Shown piece after piece: positions 15,974-25,874 of a stretch of 64,000 bases of DNA. Below the pieces are notes generated by a model. The model did no database searches and was not told the origin of the DNA. It saw only the letters and a list, made by a program, of their open reading frames with translations. How positions within the stretch are numbered: the first letter of the stretch is position 1; the number at the start of each line of letters is the position of its first letter. The position numbers and the translations under genes were made by a program. This stretch comes from an uncultured Oscillospiraceae bacterium (GTDB lineage: Bacteria > Bacillota > Clostridia > Oscillospirales > Oscillospiraceae). The DNA lies in NCBI GenBank assembly GCA_944387685.1, contig CALXFW010000059.1, positions 3,761-67,760 of the forward strand. The letters are read 5' to 3'.

Positions 15974-17197
15974 ATGAAATCCATCCGAGAAATTTATAAA
16001 ATCGGCAAAGGCCCCTCCTCTTCCCACACCATGGGCCCGGAGCGGGCAGCCAAGGTGTTCCTGGAGTGCTATCCCCAGGCGGGTTCCTTCCGAGTCACCC
16101 TGTACGGCTCTCTGAGCAAAACCGGCATCGGCCACGGTACGGACCGGGTGCTGCGGGAAACCCTGGGGTCGGAACGCACCAAAATTGTCTTTTCCCAGGA
16201 ACATTGGGAGGGAATGCACCCCAATACCCTTTCTTTCTCTGCCTTTGCCGGGGACCTGGAAATCGGGCAGATGCAGGTGGAGTCCATTGGAGGCGGAGAT
16301 ATCCGGATCTGCGGTCAGTCCGTCACCGGCCCAGCCGAGGACGTGTATGTGGAGCATTCCTTTGCGGAAATCGCCTATTTCTGCCGCTGGCGGTACATTC
16401 AGTCCCTCAGCGACTATGTGGAGCTGAACGAAGGCGCGGAAATCTGGGATTTTCTCATGGAGGTCTGGCAGACCATGAAGGCAGCCATTGACGCAGGACT
16501 GTCCAAGACGGGCGTGCTGCCGGGGGGACTGAACGTTCAGCGAAAGGCAAAGTATCTGTTCGAGCAGGTGCCTGACCCCAACATCCCGGCTCTGAAGGAA
16601 TTTCAGATGATTGCCGCCTACGCCTACGCAGTAGCGGAGGAGAACGCAGACAATGGAACCGTGGTCACCGCCCCCACCTGCGGCGCCTGCGGCGTGCTCC
16701 CGGCGGTGCTGAAATACGCCCAGGTCACCCGGGGCTTTTCCGACGAGGAAATCTGCCGGGGACTGGCCACCGCCGGGATCATCGGCAATCTGACCAAAAC
16801 CAACGCCTCCATATCCGGAGCGGAATGCGGCTGTCAGGCGGAAATCGGCACCGCCTGCTCCATGGCCGCCGCCGCCCTGGCAGAGCTGTACAAGCAGAAT
16901 CTGGACCAGGTGGAGTACGCCGCTGAGGTAGCCATGGAGCATCATCTGGGCCTGACCTGCGACCCCATCTGCGGCCTGGTGCAGATTCCCTGCATCGAGC
17001 GCAATGCGGTGGCGGCGGTTCGGGCAATGAACGCCTGCAATCTGAGCCATTTCCTCACCGGCTCCCGGAACATCAGCTATGATATGGTCTGCCGGGCCAT
17101 GAAGGAAACCGGGGTAAATCTGGACCACCGTTTCCGGGAGACCAGCGAGGGCGGACTGGCCAAGCTGTACAACCGCCGGGGCCAATCCGGCCGCTGA
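15974..17197 (+). CDS. sdaA: L-serine dehydratase, Fe-S dependent, single chain
   Basis: GKGPSSSHTMGP, VVTAPTCGACG, GCQAEIG and HHLGLTCDP...PCIERN motifs. Confidence 0.93.
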   Translation: MKSIREIYKIGKGPSSSHTMGPERAAKVFLECYPQAGSFRVTLYGSLSKTGIGHGTDRVLRETLGSERTKIVFSQEHWEGMHPNTLSFSAFAGDLEIGQMQVESIGGGDIRICGQSVTGPAEDVYVEHSFAEIAYFCRWRYIQSLSDYVELNEGAEIWDFLMEVWQTMKAAIDAGLSKTGVLPGGLNVQRKAKYLFEQVPDPNIPALKEFQMIAAYAYAVAEENADNGTVVTAPTCGACGVLPAVLKYAQVTRGFSDEEICRGLATAGIIGNLTKTNASISGAECGCQAEIGTACSMAAAALAELYKQNLDQVEYAAEVAMEHHLGLTCDPICGLVQIPCIERNAVAAVRAMNACNLSHFLTGSRNISYDMVCRAMKETGVNLDHRFRETSEGGLAKLYNRRGQSGR

Positions 17198-17247
17198 AAA
17201 TAACTTTTCCTTTTGCGTCCATACTAGGAGCAAAAGGAGTTGATTGC

Positions 17248-18552
17248 ATGAAATCTCTGTGGATGGACACCGGCCATCTGCCCTATTTTCCCCCGCTCTG
17301 GGGGGAGGCAAAAGCGGACGTATTGGTCATCGGCGCCGGTATGGCGGGCATCCTGTGCGCCTGGACCCTGCAGCAGGCAGGTCTGTCCTGCGTGGTGGCG
17401 GAGGCCGCGACCATTGCCAGCGGCGCCACCGGCGGAACCAGCGCCAAAATCACCGCCCAGCATGGCCTGATTTATCATACCCTTCTGCAAACCCAGGGCA
17501 AAGCCCGGGCCAAGGGCTATCTGGAAGCCAACCGGATGGGTCTGGAGGCGCTGAGCGCCTTGGCCGCCTCCCTTGACTGTGATTTTCAGCGGGAGGACCA
17601 CATTGTATATTCTCTCACGGATTCCACCGTTTTGCAGCGGGAACTGTCCGCGCTGGAGATACTGGGATACCCGGCAGAGCTGGTCACGGGCCTTCCCCTG
17701 CCCATGCCCACCGCCGGCGGCATCCGGTTCCCCAACCAGGCCCGGTTTCACCCCATCCAATTTCTCAACGCCATTGCCCAGGACCTGACCATTTTTGAAA
17801 ACACACCGGTACGCAGATTGTCCGGAACCACCGCTTTCACGGACCACGGGCGGATACAGGCGAAATATGTCATTGCAGCCACCCACTTCCCCTTTCTCCG
17901 CCTGGCGGGCGGATATTTTCTCAAGCAGTATCAGCAGCGCTCGTATGTGATTGCCCTGAAAGGCACCCCCAGACTGGATGGGATGTATCTGGGCGCCCAG
18001 CCCAACAGCCTGTCCTTTCGTATGCAGGGAGACTTTCTGCTGCTGGGCGGAGGCGGGCACCGCACCGGCCAGCAGGGCGGCGGCTGGGCTGAGCTGGAGC
18101 GGTTCGCCGGAACCCACTACCCCCACGCGGAAATCACCCACCGGTGGGCTGCCCAGGACTGCATGAGTCTGGACCAGATGCCCTACATCGGGCCGTACAG
18201 CCACCGGATGCCCGGGGTATATGTTGCCACGGGCTTCAACAAATGGGGCATGACCACCGCCATGGCTGCCGCCCGGATTCTCCGGGACCAGATTCTGGGC
18301 CGGGAAAACCCCTATGGCCAGCTCTTCTCCCCCTCCCGGCATATGCCGCCCTCCCGGGCTATGGCCAACGCCGGAGAAGCGGCAAAGGACTTCTTCGCTC
18401 TCTCCCCAAAACGGTGCCCCCATCTGGGCTGCGCCCTCCGGTGGAATCCCCAGGAGCACAGCTGGGATTGTCCCTGCCATGGCTCCCGGTTTTCCGAAAC
18501 GGGAAAGCTCCTGGATAACCCCGCCCCCCGGAGCCGGAAGGAATTCCGGTGA
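17248..18552 (+). CDS. FAD-dependent oxidoreductase with C-terminal Rieske domain (YhfW-like)
   Basis: GAGMAG dinucleotide motif, GFNKWGMT, and CPHLGC...WDCPCHGSRF. Confidence 0.88.
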   Translation: MKSLWMDTGHLPYFPPLWGEAKADVLVIGAGMAGILCAWTLQQAGLSCVVAEAATIASGATGGTSAKITAQHGLIYHTLLQTQGKARAKGYLEANRMGLEALSALAASLDCDFQREDHIVYSLTDSTVLQRELSALEILGYPAELVTGLPLPMPTAGGIRFPNQARFHPIQFLNAIAQDLTIFENTPVRRLSGTTAFTDHGRIQAKYVIAATHFPFLRLAGGYFLKQYQQRSYVIALKGTPRLDGMYLGAQPNSLSFRMQGDFLLLGGGGHRTGQQGGGWAELERFAGTHYPHAEITHRWAAQDCMSLDQMPYIGPYSHRMPGVYVATGFNKWGMTTAMAAARILRDQILGRENPYGQLFSPSRHMPPSRAMANAGEAAKDFFALSPKRCPHLGCALRWNPQEHSWDCPCHGSRFSETGKLLDNPAPRSRKEFR

Positions 18553-18657
18553 ATCCGGCTGTTTCGGCAGAAAACCGGGATTTTGTGGGATTCCCTCTTG
18601 TTTTTTTCCATTCCCGCGGTTATAATAGCGGCAGAAACAAATAGGAGGTCATTTATC

Positions 18658-18894
18658 ATGGCTGTAAAAATTGAAAAAGACACCATTATCGGTGATATTC
18701 TGGACATCGCACCCCAGTCCGCACCCCTGTTCTTTGCCATCGGAATGCACTGCCTGGGCTGCCCCTCCTCCCGTGGGGAAACCGTGGAGGAAGCCTGCAT
18801 GGTGCATGGTGTGGACTGCGACCCCTTCCTGGCCCAGCTGAACCATTTCCTGGAGGCCTATGAAGCCGCTGAGGCGGAGAAGAAGGCGGAATAA
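18658..18894 (+). CDS. DUF1858 / hybrid-cluster-associated redox disulfide protein
   Basis: GMHCLGCPSSRGETVEEAC.VHG motif; AGGAGG RBS. Confidence 0.85.
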   Translation: MAVKIEKDTIIGDILDIAPQSAPLFFAIGMHCLGCPSSRGETVEEACMVHGVDCDPFLAQLNHFLEAYEAAEAEKKAE

Positions 18895-18903
18895 GACCGA
18901 CCG

Positions 18904-18937
18904 CGCCATCCCGGAGGGTTTCCGGGGTGGCGTTTTT
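18904..18937 (+). terminator. Rho-independent terminator
   Basis: CGCCATCCCGGA-N5-TCCGGGGTGGCG followed by TTTTT. Confidence 0.75.
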
Positions 18938-18970
18938 CTTTTTGGAATCTGATCTTGGGAGGAAACGAAT

Positions 18971-19666
18971 ATGCTTCCGAATCTTTCCAGCCGGCTGCTG
19001 GCCTGCTGCTCCTATGTCTCCCCTGGGGATCGGGTGGCGGATGTGGGCTGCGACCACGGACTGCTGAGTATTTATCTGCTGCTCAGCGGCAGGGCCAGCG
19101 CCGTCATTGCCTCCGACGTCAACCCGGGACCTCTGGAAAGCGCCCGGCGGAACGCGGAAAAATACGGCGTGGGAGACCGGATCACCTTCTGTCTGTCCGA
19201 CGGCGCCGCTTCCATCCCCCGGGATTTTGACTGTCTGGTATGCGCCGGTATGGGTGCGGATACCATGATCTCCATTCTCTCCTCTGCTCCCTGGCTGAGA
19301 GATCCCCGATACCGGCTGATTTTGCAGTGCCAGTCCAAGCGTCCCCTGCTGCGGCAGTGGCTCAGTGACATGGGATATGCCATCCGCCGGGAGACTCTGG
19401 CCAAGGACGGGAAATTTCTCTACACCGTCCTGGAAGCCGGCTACGCTCCGGGCAGTCCCATCTCCCCCGGGGAAGCCTATTTGTCCCGCCCCCTCCGGGA
19501 AAGCGGGCATTCTCTGCTGCCGGAGTACTGCCGGCGGGTATGCCAGGGGCTGGAGCAGACTGTGGCGGGAATGGCGCGCTGCGGCGACCCCCAAGCGTCC
19601 CGATTAGAAGCCATATTGACCGAATTGCGTAAATGGGAGGAATCTGTCCATGACCAAGGTATCTGA
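18971..19666 (+). CDS. trmK: tRNA (adenine22-N1)-methyltransferase
   Basis: VADVGCDHG, SDVNPGPL and AGMGADTM motifs; upstream of Nif3 as in the conserved Firmicute pair. Confidence 0.88.
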   Translation: MLPNLSSRLLACCSYVSPGDRVADVGCDHGLLSIYLLLSGRASAVIASDVNPGPLESARRNAEKYGVGDRITFCLSDGAASIPRDFDCLVCAGMGADTMISILSSAPWLRDPRYRLILQCQSKRPLLRQWLSDMGYAIRRETLAKDGKFLYTVLEAGYAPGSPISPGEAYLSRPLRESGHSLLPEYCRRVCQGLEQTVAGMARCGDPQASRLEAILTELRKWEESVHDQGI

Positions 19667-20444
19667 CGTGCTGTCCTGTCTGGAATCCCTGGCCCCGGCG
19701 GCCTGGAAGGAGAGCTGGGACAATGTAGGCCTGCTCTGCGGGCATCGGGAAAAAATGGTAAAGAAAATTCTGGTGGCACTGGACCCGTTCCAGGAAGTGA
19801 TTGCCGAGGCGATTGCAGAAAAGGCAGACCTTCTCGTTACCCATCATCCCCTGATTTTCGGAGCCGGTCTGACGGCCCTGACGGATGCCACGCAGACCGG
19901 CAGAAATCTGCTGACCCTGGCAGAGCACGGCATTGCCGCCATCAACGCCCACACCAATCTGGACCTGGCGCCGTGGGGGGTGAACCAGGTTCTGGCCCAG
20001 GCCCTGGGGCTGGAGGAAATTACCGTTCCCTTCCCTGTGGGAACGAATGCTGCCGGAGCCCCCGTGGGCCTTCTCCATCGGGGATTCGTTCCCCAGCAGA
20101 GCCTGGAGCATTTCCTGCTCCATGTGAAGCAGGCGCTGGGGTGCCCCACGCTCCGCTATGTGGACGGCGGGAAGCCCGTGCGCTGCGTGGCCGTCGGCGG
20201 CGGCGCCTGCGCTTCGGAGCTCTCCCAGGCCGCCGCCATGGGCTGTGATACCTTTGTCACGGCGGATGTCAAGTATAACCAGTTCTGGGATGCCCAGGAT
20301 TTGGGAATCCATCTGATCGACGCGGGGCATTTCTACACGGAAAATCCCGTGGTATCCGTTCTGGCGGACCGGCTGGCCGCCGCCTTTCCCCAGGTTTCGG
20401 TGTCTGTCTCCCGGCAGCACCGGGATTGTATGAAATTCTTCTGA
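19650..20444 (+). CDS. Nif3-like dinuclear metal protein (YqfO/YbgI)
   Basis: WDNVGL, THHPLIF, HTNLD and DAGHFYTE motifs. Confidence 0.92.
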   Translation: MTKVSDVLSCLESLAPAAWKESWDNVGLLCGHREKMVKKILVALDPFQEVIAEAIAEKADLLVTHHPLIFGAGLTALTDATQTGRNLLTLAEHGIAAINAHTNLDLAPWGVNQVLAQALGLEEITVPFPVGTNAAGAPVGLLHRGFVPQQSLEHFLLHVKQALGCPTLRYVDGGKPVRCVAVGGGACASELSQAAAMGCDTFVTADVKYNQFWDAQDLGIHLIDAGHFYTENPVVSVLADRLAAAFPQVSVSVSRQHRDCMKFF

Positions 20445-20527
20445 AAACAGTTGATTTTTCCCTGATGCAATGCTAGAATAGATTGGATATTTTTTGAAGC
20501 AAACTAAACGAAGGGAAGAAAGAACCT

Positions 20528-21262
20528 ATGTCCGGACATTCCAAATGGCATAATATTCAGAAAACCAAGGGCGCCCAGGACGCCAAGCGGGCTGCCGCTT
20601 TCACCAAGATCGCCAAGGAGCTGATCGTCGCCGTGAAGGAAGGCGGCGGCATCACCGACCCCGCCAACAACTCCCGCCTGGCCACCGTCATTACCAAGGC
20701 CAAGGCCGCCAATATGCCCAACGACAACATCAAACGCTGCCTGGAGAAGGCCTCCGGCGCCGGCGGCGGCGACAACTACGAGACCATCACCTATGAGGGC
20801 TACGGTCCCGGCGGTGTTGCCGTCATCGTGGAAACCATGACCGACAACCGCAACCGGACCGCAGGCTCCATGCGCCACCACTTCGACAAGTTCGGCGGCA
20901 ATCTGGGCGCTTCCGGCTGCGTGTCCTGGAGCTTCGATAAGAAGGGCGTTCTGGTCATCGACAATGAGGACGGCGATTACGAGGAAGATCAGGTGATGAT
21001 GGACGCCATGGACTGCGGCGCCGATGACTTTGAGGCGGACGGCGATGTGTTCACCATCTACACTGATCCCGACGACTTCAACGCTGTGGCCGACGCTATG
21101 GCCGCCAAGAAATACACCTTTGTTTCCGCTCAGATTGAAATGGTTCCCCAGAACTACCAGAAGCTGGAGAATGAGGAGCAGATCAAGCTGATGGAAAAGC
21201 TCATCGACATCATGGAAGAGGATGACGATGTGCAGAACATCTGGCACAACTGGGAAGAATAA
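20528..21262 (+). CDS. yebC: YebC/PmpR family protein
   Basis: MSGHSKWHNI, YEGYGPGG, TDNRNRT and DDDVQNIWHN motifs. Confidence 0.96.
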   Translation: MSGHSKWHNIQKTKGAQDAKRAAAFTKIAKELIVAVKEGGGITDPANNSRLATVITKAKAANMPNDNIKRCLEKASGAGGGDNYETITYEGYGPGGVAVIVETMTDNRNRTAGSMRHHFDKFGGNLGASGCVSWSFDKKGVLVIDNEDGDYEEDQVMMDAMDCGADDFEADGDVFTIYTDPDDFNAVADAMAAKKYTFVSAQIEMVPQNYQKLENEEQIKLMEKLIDIMEEDDDVQNIWHNWEE

Positions 21263-21282
21263 TCCCATCGGAAAAGCAAAAG

Positions 21283-21314
21283 ACCACACCCTTTCCGTTG
21301 CGAAAGGGTGTGGT
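21283..21314. terminator. Bidirectional terminator between convergent yebC and GT2 genes
   Basis: ACCACACCCTTTC-N6-GAAAGGGTGTGGT. Confidence 0.75.
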
Positions 21315-21319
21315 TCTGT

Positions 21320-22261
21320 TTATTTGGGGTCGACGTTGGACTCCCGCACCAGATAGATGGGGCGCTTTTTGGTTTCCAGATAGGTTTTCGCCAGATACTG
21401 GCCCAGAATGCCGACGCCCAGCATCTGGATGCCGCTGAGCAAAAGCAGAATGCATACCAGCGACGGCCAGCCAGCCGTGGGGTCCCCGAAGAACAGCGTG
21501 CGGAATATGATGACCAGAATCATGAAAAATGCCGTCAGGCAGCAGATCAGGCCGATTACCGAGGAAATGACCAGAGGCGCAGTGGAGAACGCTACGATTC
21601 CATCCAGAGCATAGAGAAACAGCTTCCAGAAGCTCCACTTGGTCTCTCCGGCCACCCGTTCTACATTCTCATATTCCAGCCATTTTTTTCGGAAGCCTAC
21701 CCAGCCGAAAATGCCCTTGGAAAAGCGGTTGTATTCCCCCATGGACAAAATGGCATCCACCACCGTCCGATTCATCATCTGGAAATCCCGGGCGCCGTCC
21801 ACAATGTCCGCATCGGAAATTCGGTTGATGATCCGGTAAAACATCCGGGCAAAAAAGGAACGGATGGGCGGTTCCCCTTTCCGGTCCACCCGCCGGGAGC
21901 CCACACAGTCATACCCTTCCTCCGTTATGTAGCGGTACATCTCCGGCAGCAAATCCGGCGGGTCCTGCAGGTCCGCATCCATTACCACCACATAGTCTCC
22001 CCGGGCATTTTTCAATCCGGCATAAATTCCGGCCTCTTTTCCAAAGTTCCGGGAAAAAGAGACATACTTGACCCGTTTGTCCTTCTCCGCCAATTCCCGG
22101 AGGACTTCCAGGGTCTTGTCACGGGAACCATCGTTGATGAACAGGAACTCAAACTCCACATCCTCCATTCGCTGAGCTGTGCGGCAGATTTCCCGGTAAA
22201 ACGCCGGCAGCGCCGGTTCCTCATTGTAGCAGGGAACGGCCACAGTGATCATGTCTTTCAT
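21320..22261 (-). CDS. GT2 polyprenol-phosphate glycosyltransferase (GtrB/CsbB-like)
   Basis: VPCYNEE, NDGSRD, FSRNFGKEA, DADLQDPP motifs; two C-terminal TM helices; ETKKRPIY. Confidence 0.92.
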   Translation of the reverse strand: MKDMITVAVPCYNEEPALPAFYREICRTAQRMEDVEFEFLFINDGSRDKTLEVLRELAEKDKRVKYVSFSRNFGKEAGIYAGLKNARGDYVVVMDADLQDPPDLLPEMYRYITEEGYDCVGSRRVDRKGEPPIRSFFARMFYRIINRISDADIVDGARDFQMMNRTVVDAILSMGEYNRFSKGIFGWVGFRKKWLEYENVERVAGETKWSFWKLFLYALDGIVAFSTAPLVISSVIGLICCLTAFFMILVIIFRTLFFGDPTAGWPSLVCILLLLSGIQMLGVGILGQYLAKTYLETKKRPIYLVRESNVDPK

Positions 22262-22397
22262 ACGGTTCCTTCCTTCTTCTGAATCTGGCTATATTATACA
22301 CCAGATTCCCTTTTTTTGCAATGCGCAAAATGGGATTTCCTGCTTGACAGTGGTTTTTCCATAGGGTATACTGAACTCATTCTCTCCGAAGGAATGT

Positions 22398-23927
22398 ATG
22401 GTGATTGCAATGTTGACAACGCAGCGCAGACAGAAAGTGGCAGAGGGGCTCTGGTATCTTGCCATTTTTCTGTTTTTCTTTTTTTGGTTCTCCCAGATGC
22501 ACCCCCTTGTGGTGTATGACGCGGATGACTGGACCTATCTTGCCTATGTCCGCTCCGCAGCGCCGGAGTGGGGCGGCTGGAATCCGGCAAAGGTGTTTCC
22601 GGAAGTGATGATGCCCTTCTTTTCCAACCTTGGGCTGTACTTCCTCCTGCCTCTGGTGGGGGACTATATCACCACCTTTACCATTACCCACGCACTGGTG
22701 GTGAGCGGTTTCCTGACGGTCTATTTCTGGTCCCTGGCCTGCCTGATCCGCCGTCTGTTTTCCCTGCCCAGGTCCACAACCGCCCTTGTTACAGCCTTTT
22801 TCTTCCTTCTGCACTTCCTGGTTCTGCGAAAAACAGAGGCGGACAATTCCTATCTGTTCAACTGCGGAGACCTGAATTGTTATTATAACTATCTCATTCC
22901 CGGCCTGATGAACGCCTCGTTTGTCCTGTACCTTCTGGTCAATCCCCGCGCGGACCGTTTTCTCCAGGGGAAGCCCTCCGTCTGGACGGGCCTGTTCCTT
23001 GTCGGGATTTATTTCACCGTATTCTCCAATCTGGCGTCCAGCGGCATTCTGGCGGCCTATGCCGGCAGCTGCCTGCTGCTCCATCTGATCCGTATGCGGA
23101 AATCCTTCCGGTTATCGGAATACCTGAAGCAGAATTACCTGTATCTTCTGATTCTGTTCGGCTGGGCTGTCAGTGCCCTGTTCGAGCTCAGCGGCGGGCG
23201 GGCCAGTTCTGCGGAGGGCATCTCCCTGATGTCCAACATCCGCCTGTCGGCTTCCTCCTTTGTTTCCGTCCTGCTGGAATGCAGCCGGGCGTTCTGGTGG
23301 TGTGTGGCGGCAGTAGCTGTGCCCGCGCTGGCCTGCTTCCTGTATGACCGTGTCAAGGGTGACGCCCAGCCCGTCCTTTCCTCTGTGCTTCTGACGATGG
23401 CAGTGGCAGCCGCCGCCCTGGTGGTTTACACCATCCTGCTGTGTGCAGTCGTGTACCCGACCTACATTTACCGCAGCGAGTATATGTTCTCCCCTTTCTT
23501 CTACATTCTGCTTCCAAGCGCCCTGGCTTTGGGGTATTTGCTGCGGAAGTTCCCCGCGCTGACTGCCGTCTGTCCCATGGTTCTGCTTCTGCTCGCCACC
23601 AGCATCAATACACCGGGCAAAACCTTCCGGGAGCCCAATATGTCCAACTGGGACGGCGCCGTCTGCACCAAAATCAGCCAGGATATTGTGGAGCAGGTTC
23701 TGACGGCGGATGCCCAGGGGCTGGATGAGATGACCCTCTATGTCCCCCTTTGTGTGGAGGATCTGGAAACCCAGGACAATTGGCCGTTTTCTCTGAGCCT
23801 TGTTCCCCGGATTTCGGAGACGCTCTACGAGCAGGGCTTGATCAGCCGTCCCATTCACATTCAGGCGGAGGCCTCCATTGCGTTCAACATCCGCCACCAT
23901 CTCCCCATTCCGGGAGAGGATTCCTGA
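22398..23927 (+). CDS. Polytopic membrane protein, putative GT-C (GtrII-like) glycosyltransferase
   Basis: About 11 TM helices, acidic YDADDW motif in the first loop, soluble C-terminal domain; divergent from the GtrB-like gene. Start may be 22410. Confidence 0.55.
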   Translation: MVIAMLTTQRRQKVAEGLWYLAIFLFFFFWFSQMHPLVVYDADDWTYLAYVRSAAPEWGGWNPAKVFPEVMMPFFSNLGLYFLLPLVGDYITTFTITHALVVSGFLTVYFWSLACLIRRLFSLPRSTTALVTAFFFLLHFLVLRKTEADNSYLFNCGDLNCYYNYLIPGLMNASFVLYLLVNPRADRFLQGKPSVWTGLFLVGIYFTVFSNLASSGILAAYAGSCLLLHLIRMRKSFRLSEYLKQNYLYLLILFGWAVSALFELSGGRASSAEGISLMSNIRLSASSFVSVLLECSRAFWWCVAAVAVPALACFLYDRVKGDAQPVLSSVLLTMAVAAAALVVYTILLCAVVYPTYIYRSEYMFSPFFYILLPSALALGYLLRKFPALTAVCPMVLLLLATSINTPGKTFREPNMSNWDGAVCTKISQDIVEQVLTADAQGLDEMTLYVPLCVEDLETQDNWPFSLSLVPRISETLYEQGLISRPIHIQAEASIAFNIRHHLPIPGEDS

Positions 23928-23948
23928 ATTCCCCGCCCAGCATGACAG

Positions 23949-23993
23949 AATCCGGGGGTTCCGCCTGACGGCGGAGCCCCCGGATTTTTCTTT
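23949..23993. terminator. Terminator between convergent genes
   Basis: AATCCGGGGGTTCCGCC-TGAC-GGCGGAGCCCCCGGATT followed by a T-rich tail. Confidence 0.8.
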
Positions 23994-24022
23994 AAATTGG
24001 GAAAGCAGAATGCGCGGGAAGC

Positions 24023-25021
24023 TTACTTCAGCGCCTCTTCCACGGCAACCGCCACGGAGACAGTCATGCCCACCATGGGGTTGTTGCCGGCGCCCAGGAA
24101 GCCCATCATTTCCACATGGGCAGGGACGGAGGAAGAGCCGGCGAACTGGGCGTCGCTGTGCATACGGCCCATGGTATCGGTCATGCCATAGGAAGCAGGA
24201 CCGGCAGCCATGTTGTCCGGGTGCAGGGTACGGCCCGTGCCGCCGCCGGAGGCCACGGAGAAGTACTTCTTGCCCTGCTCCACGCACTCCTTCTTGTAGG
24301 TGCCGGCCACAGGATGCTGGAACCGGGTGGGGTTGGTGGAGTTGCCGGTGATGGAAACGTCCACGCCTTCCTTGTGCATGATGGCCACGCCCTCACGGAC
24401 ATCGTCAGCGCCGTAGCAGCGGACAGCAGCCCGCTCGCCATCGGAGTAAGCGATTTCCCGGACAACCTTCAGCTCGCTGGTGTAGTAGTCGAACTGGGTC
24501 TGCACATAGGTGAAGCCATTGATCCGGGAAATAATCTGGGCAGCGTCCTTGCCCAAGCCGTTCAGGATAACCCGCAGGGGCTCCTTACGGGCCTTGTTGG
24601 CAGACCGGGCAATGCCGATAGCACCCTCGGCAGCAGCGAAGGACTCGTGACCGGCCAGGAAGGCAAAGCACTTGGTCTCATCCCGCAGCAGCATGGCGCC
24701 CAGGTTGCCATGGCCCAGGCCGACCTTCCGGTCCTCGGCCACGGAGCCGGGGATGCAGAAAGCCTGCAGGCCAATGCCCACGGCCTCAGCGGCCTCAGCG
24801 GCGGTCTTGACGCCCTTCTTCATGGCGATGGCAGCGCCTACGCAGTAGGCCCAAGCCACGTCCTCAAAGGCAATGGGCTGAATGCCCTTGACGATCTCAT
24901 AGGGGTCGAAGCCCTTTTCCTTGCACAGCTCCCGGCACTCTTCAACAGAGTTCAGGCCATACTGGGCCAGGACGCCATTGATCTTGTCGATTTTTCTTTC
25001 GTAACCTTCAAACAAAGCCAT
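24023..25021 (-). CDS. GGGtGRT family protein (unknown function)
   Basis: Literal SGGGTGRTLHPDN motif and AGHESFAAAEGA. Confidence 0.92.
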   Translation of the reverse strand: MALFEGYERKIDKINGVLAQYGLNSVEECRELCKEKGFDPYEIVKGIQPIAFEDVAWAYCVGAAIAMKKGVKTAAEAAEAVGIGLQAFCIPGSVAEDRKVGLGHGNLGAMLLRDETKCFAFLAGHESFAAAEGAIGIARSANKARKEPLRVILNGLGKDAAQIISRINGFTYVQTQFDYYTSELKVVREIAYSDGERAAVRCYGADDVREGVAIMHKEGVDVSITGNSTNPTRFQHPVAGTYKKECVEQGKKYFSVASGGGTGRTLHPDNMAAGPASYGMTDTMGRMHSDAQFAGSSSVPAHVEMMGFLGAGNNPMVGMTVSVAVAVEEALK

Positions 25022-25036
25022 TGCAGCGTCCTCCTC

Positions 25037-25729
25037 TTATTCGTGACGGGGGTCGATGTACTTAGCAGCACCGGCGAAGCGGCCATAGGAACCCTTGGCC
25101 TTCTCCAGAGCGGTGTTGGCATCGTCGCCCTTCTTGATGAAGTCCATCATCTTGCCCAGGTTGATGAACTCGTAGCCGATGATCAGGTTGTCCTCGTCCA
25201 GAGCGCAGCGGGTAACGTAGCCCTCCGCCATCTCCAGGTAACGGGGTCCCTTCAGCTTGGTGGCGAACATGGTTCCCACCTGGCTGCGCAGGCCCTTGCC
25301 CAGGTCCTCCAGAGAAGCGCCCACTGCCAGGCCGTCCTCAGAGAACGCAGACTGGCTGCGGCCGTAGACAATCTGCAGGAACAGCTCCCGCATGGCGGTA
25401 TTGATGGCGTCGCACACCAGGTCGGTGTTCAGCGCCTCCAGGATGGTCTTGCCGATCAGGATTTCGGACGCCATAGCGGCGGAGTGGGTCATACCGGAGC
25501 AGCCCAGGGTCTCCACCAGAGCCTCTTCGATGATGCCTTCCTTGATGTTCAGGGTCAGCTTGCAGCAGCCCTGCTGAGGAGCGCACCAGCCGATGCCGTG
25601 GGTAAAGCCGCTGATGTCCTTAATTTCCTTGGCCTGGACCCACTTGCCCTCCTCGGGAATGGGAGCGGGGCCGTGATAGGCGCCCTTGGCCACGGAGCAC
25701 ATTTGCTGTACTTCTGCACTATAAATCAT
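25037..25729 (-). CDS. NifU/IscU-N-like Fe-S scaffold-type protein, partner of GGGtGRT
   Basis: HGIGWCAPQQGCCKLTL, ETLGCSGMTHSA and DLVCDA motifs. Start MIYSAEV. Confidence 0.8.
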   Translation of the reverse strand: MIYSAEVQQMCSVAKGAYHGPAPIPEEGKWVQAKEIKDISGFTHGIGWCAPQQGCCKLTLNIKEGIIEEALVETLGCSGMTHSAAMASEILIGKTILEALNTDLVCDAINTAMRELFLQIVYGRSQSAFSEDGLAVGASLEDLGKGLRSQVGTMFATKLKGPRYLEMAEGYVTRCALDEDNLIIGYEFINLGKMMDFIKKGDDANTALEKAKGSYGRFAGAAKYIDPRHE

Positions 25730-25804
25730 GGCAATTTTCCTTTCTTTCAAAAGACGGTTTTCGTCTTCGGATTACACAGTGGAAAACCGAGATTTTCCGG
25801 ATAT

Positions 25805-25833
25805 ATTATACATTCTGCCCAGTCAATTGTCAA
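25805..25833 (-). promoter_or_regulatory. Consensus sigmaA promoter of the NifU-like/GGGtGRT operon
   Basis: TTGACA-17-TATAAT, a perfect consensus match. Confidence 0.8.
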
Positions 25834-25874
25834 TTCCCCCGAGGAAAAATCGATATATATTTATCCGTACTCCC

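Noticed and set aside
14054-17311. Very long antisense ORFs (14054-17311, 45280-49200, 5822-8008, 53650-56055, 24116-25921 and others)
   Set aside because: They shadow clearly recognisable genes on the opposite strand, have no motifs or RBS, and are expected from strong GC3 bias.
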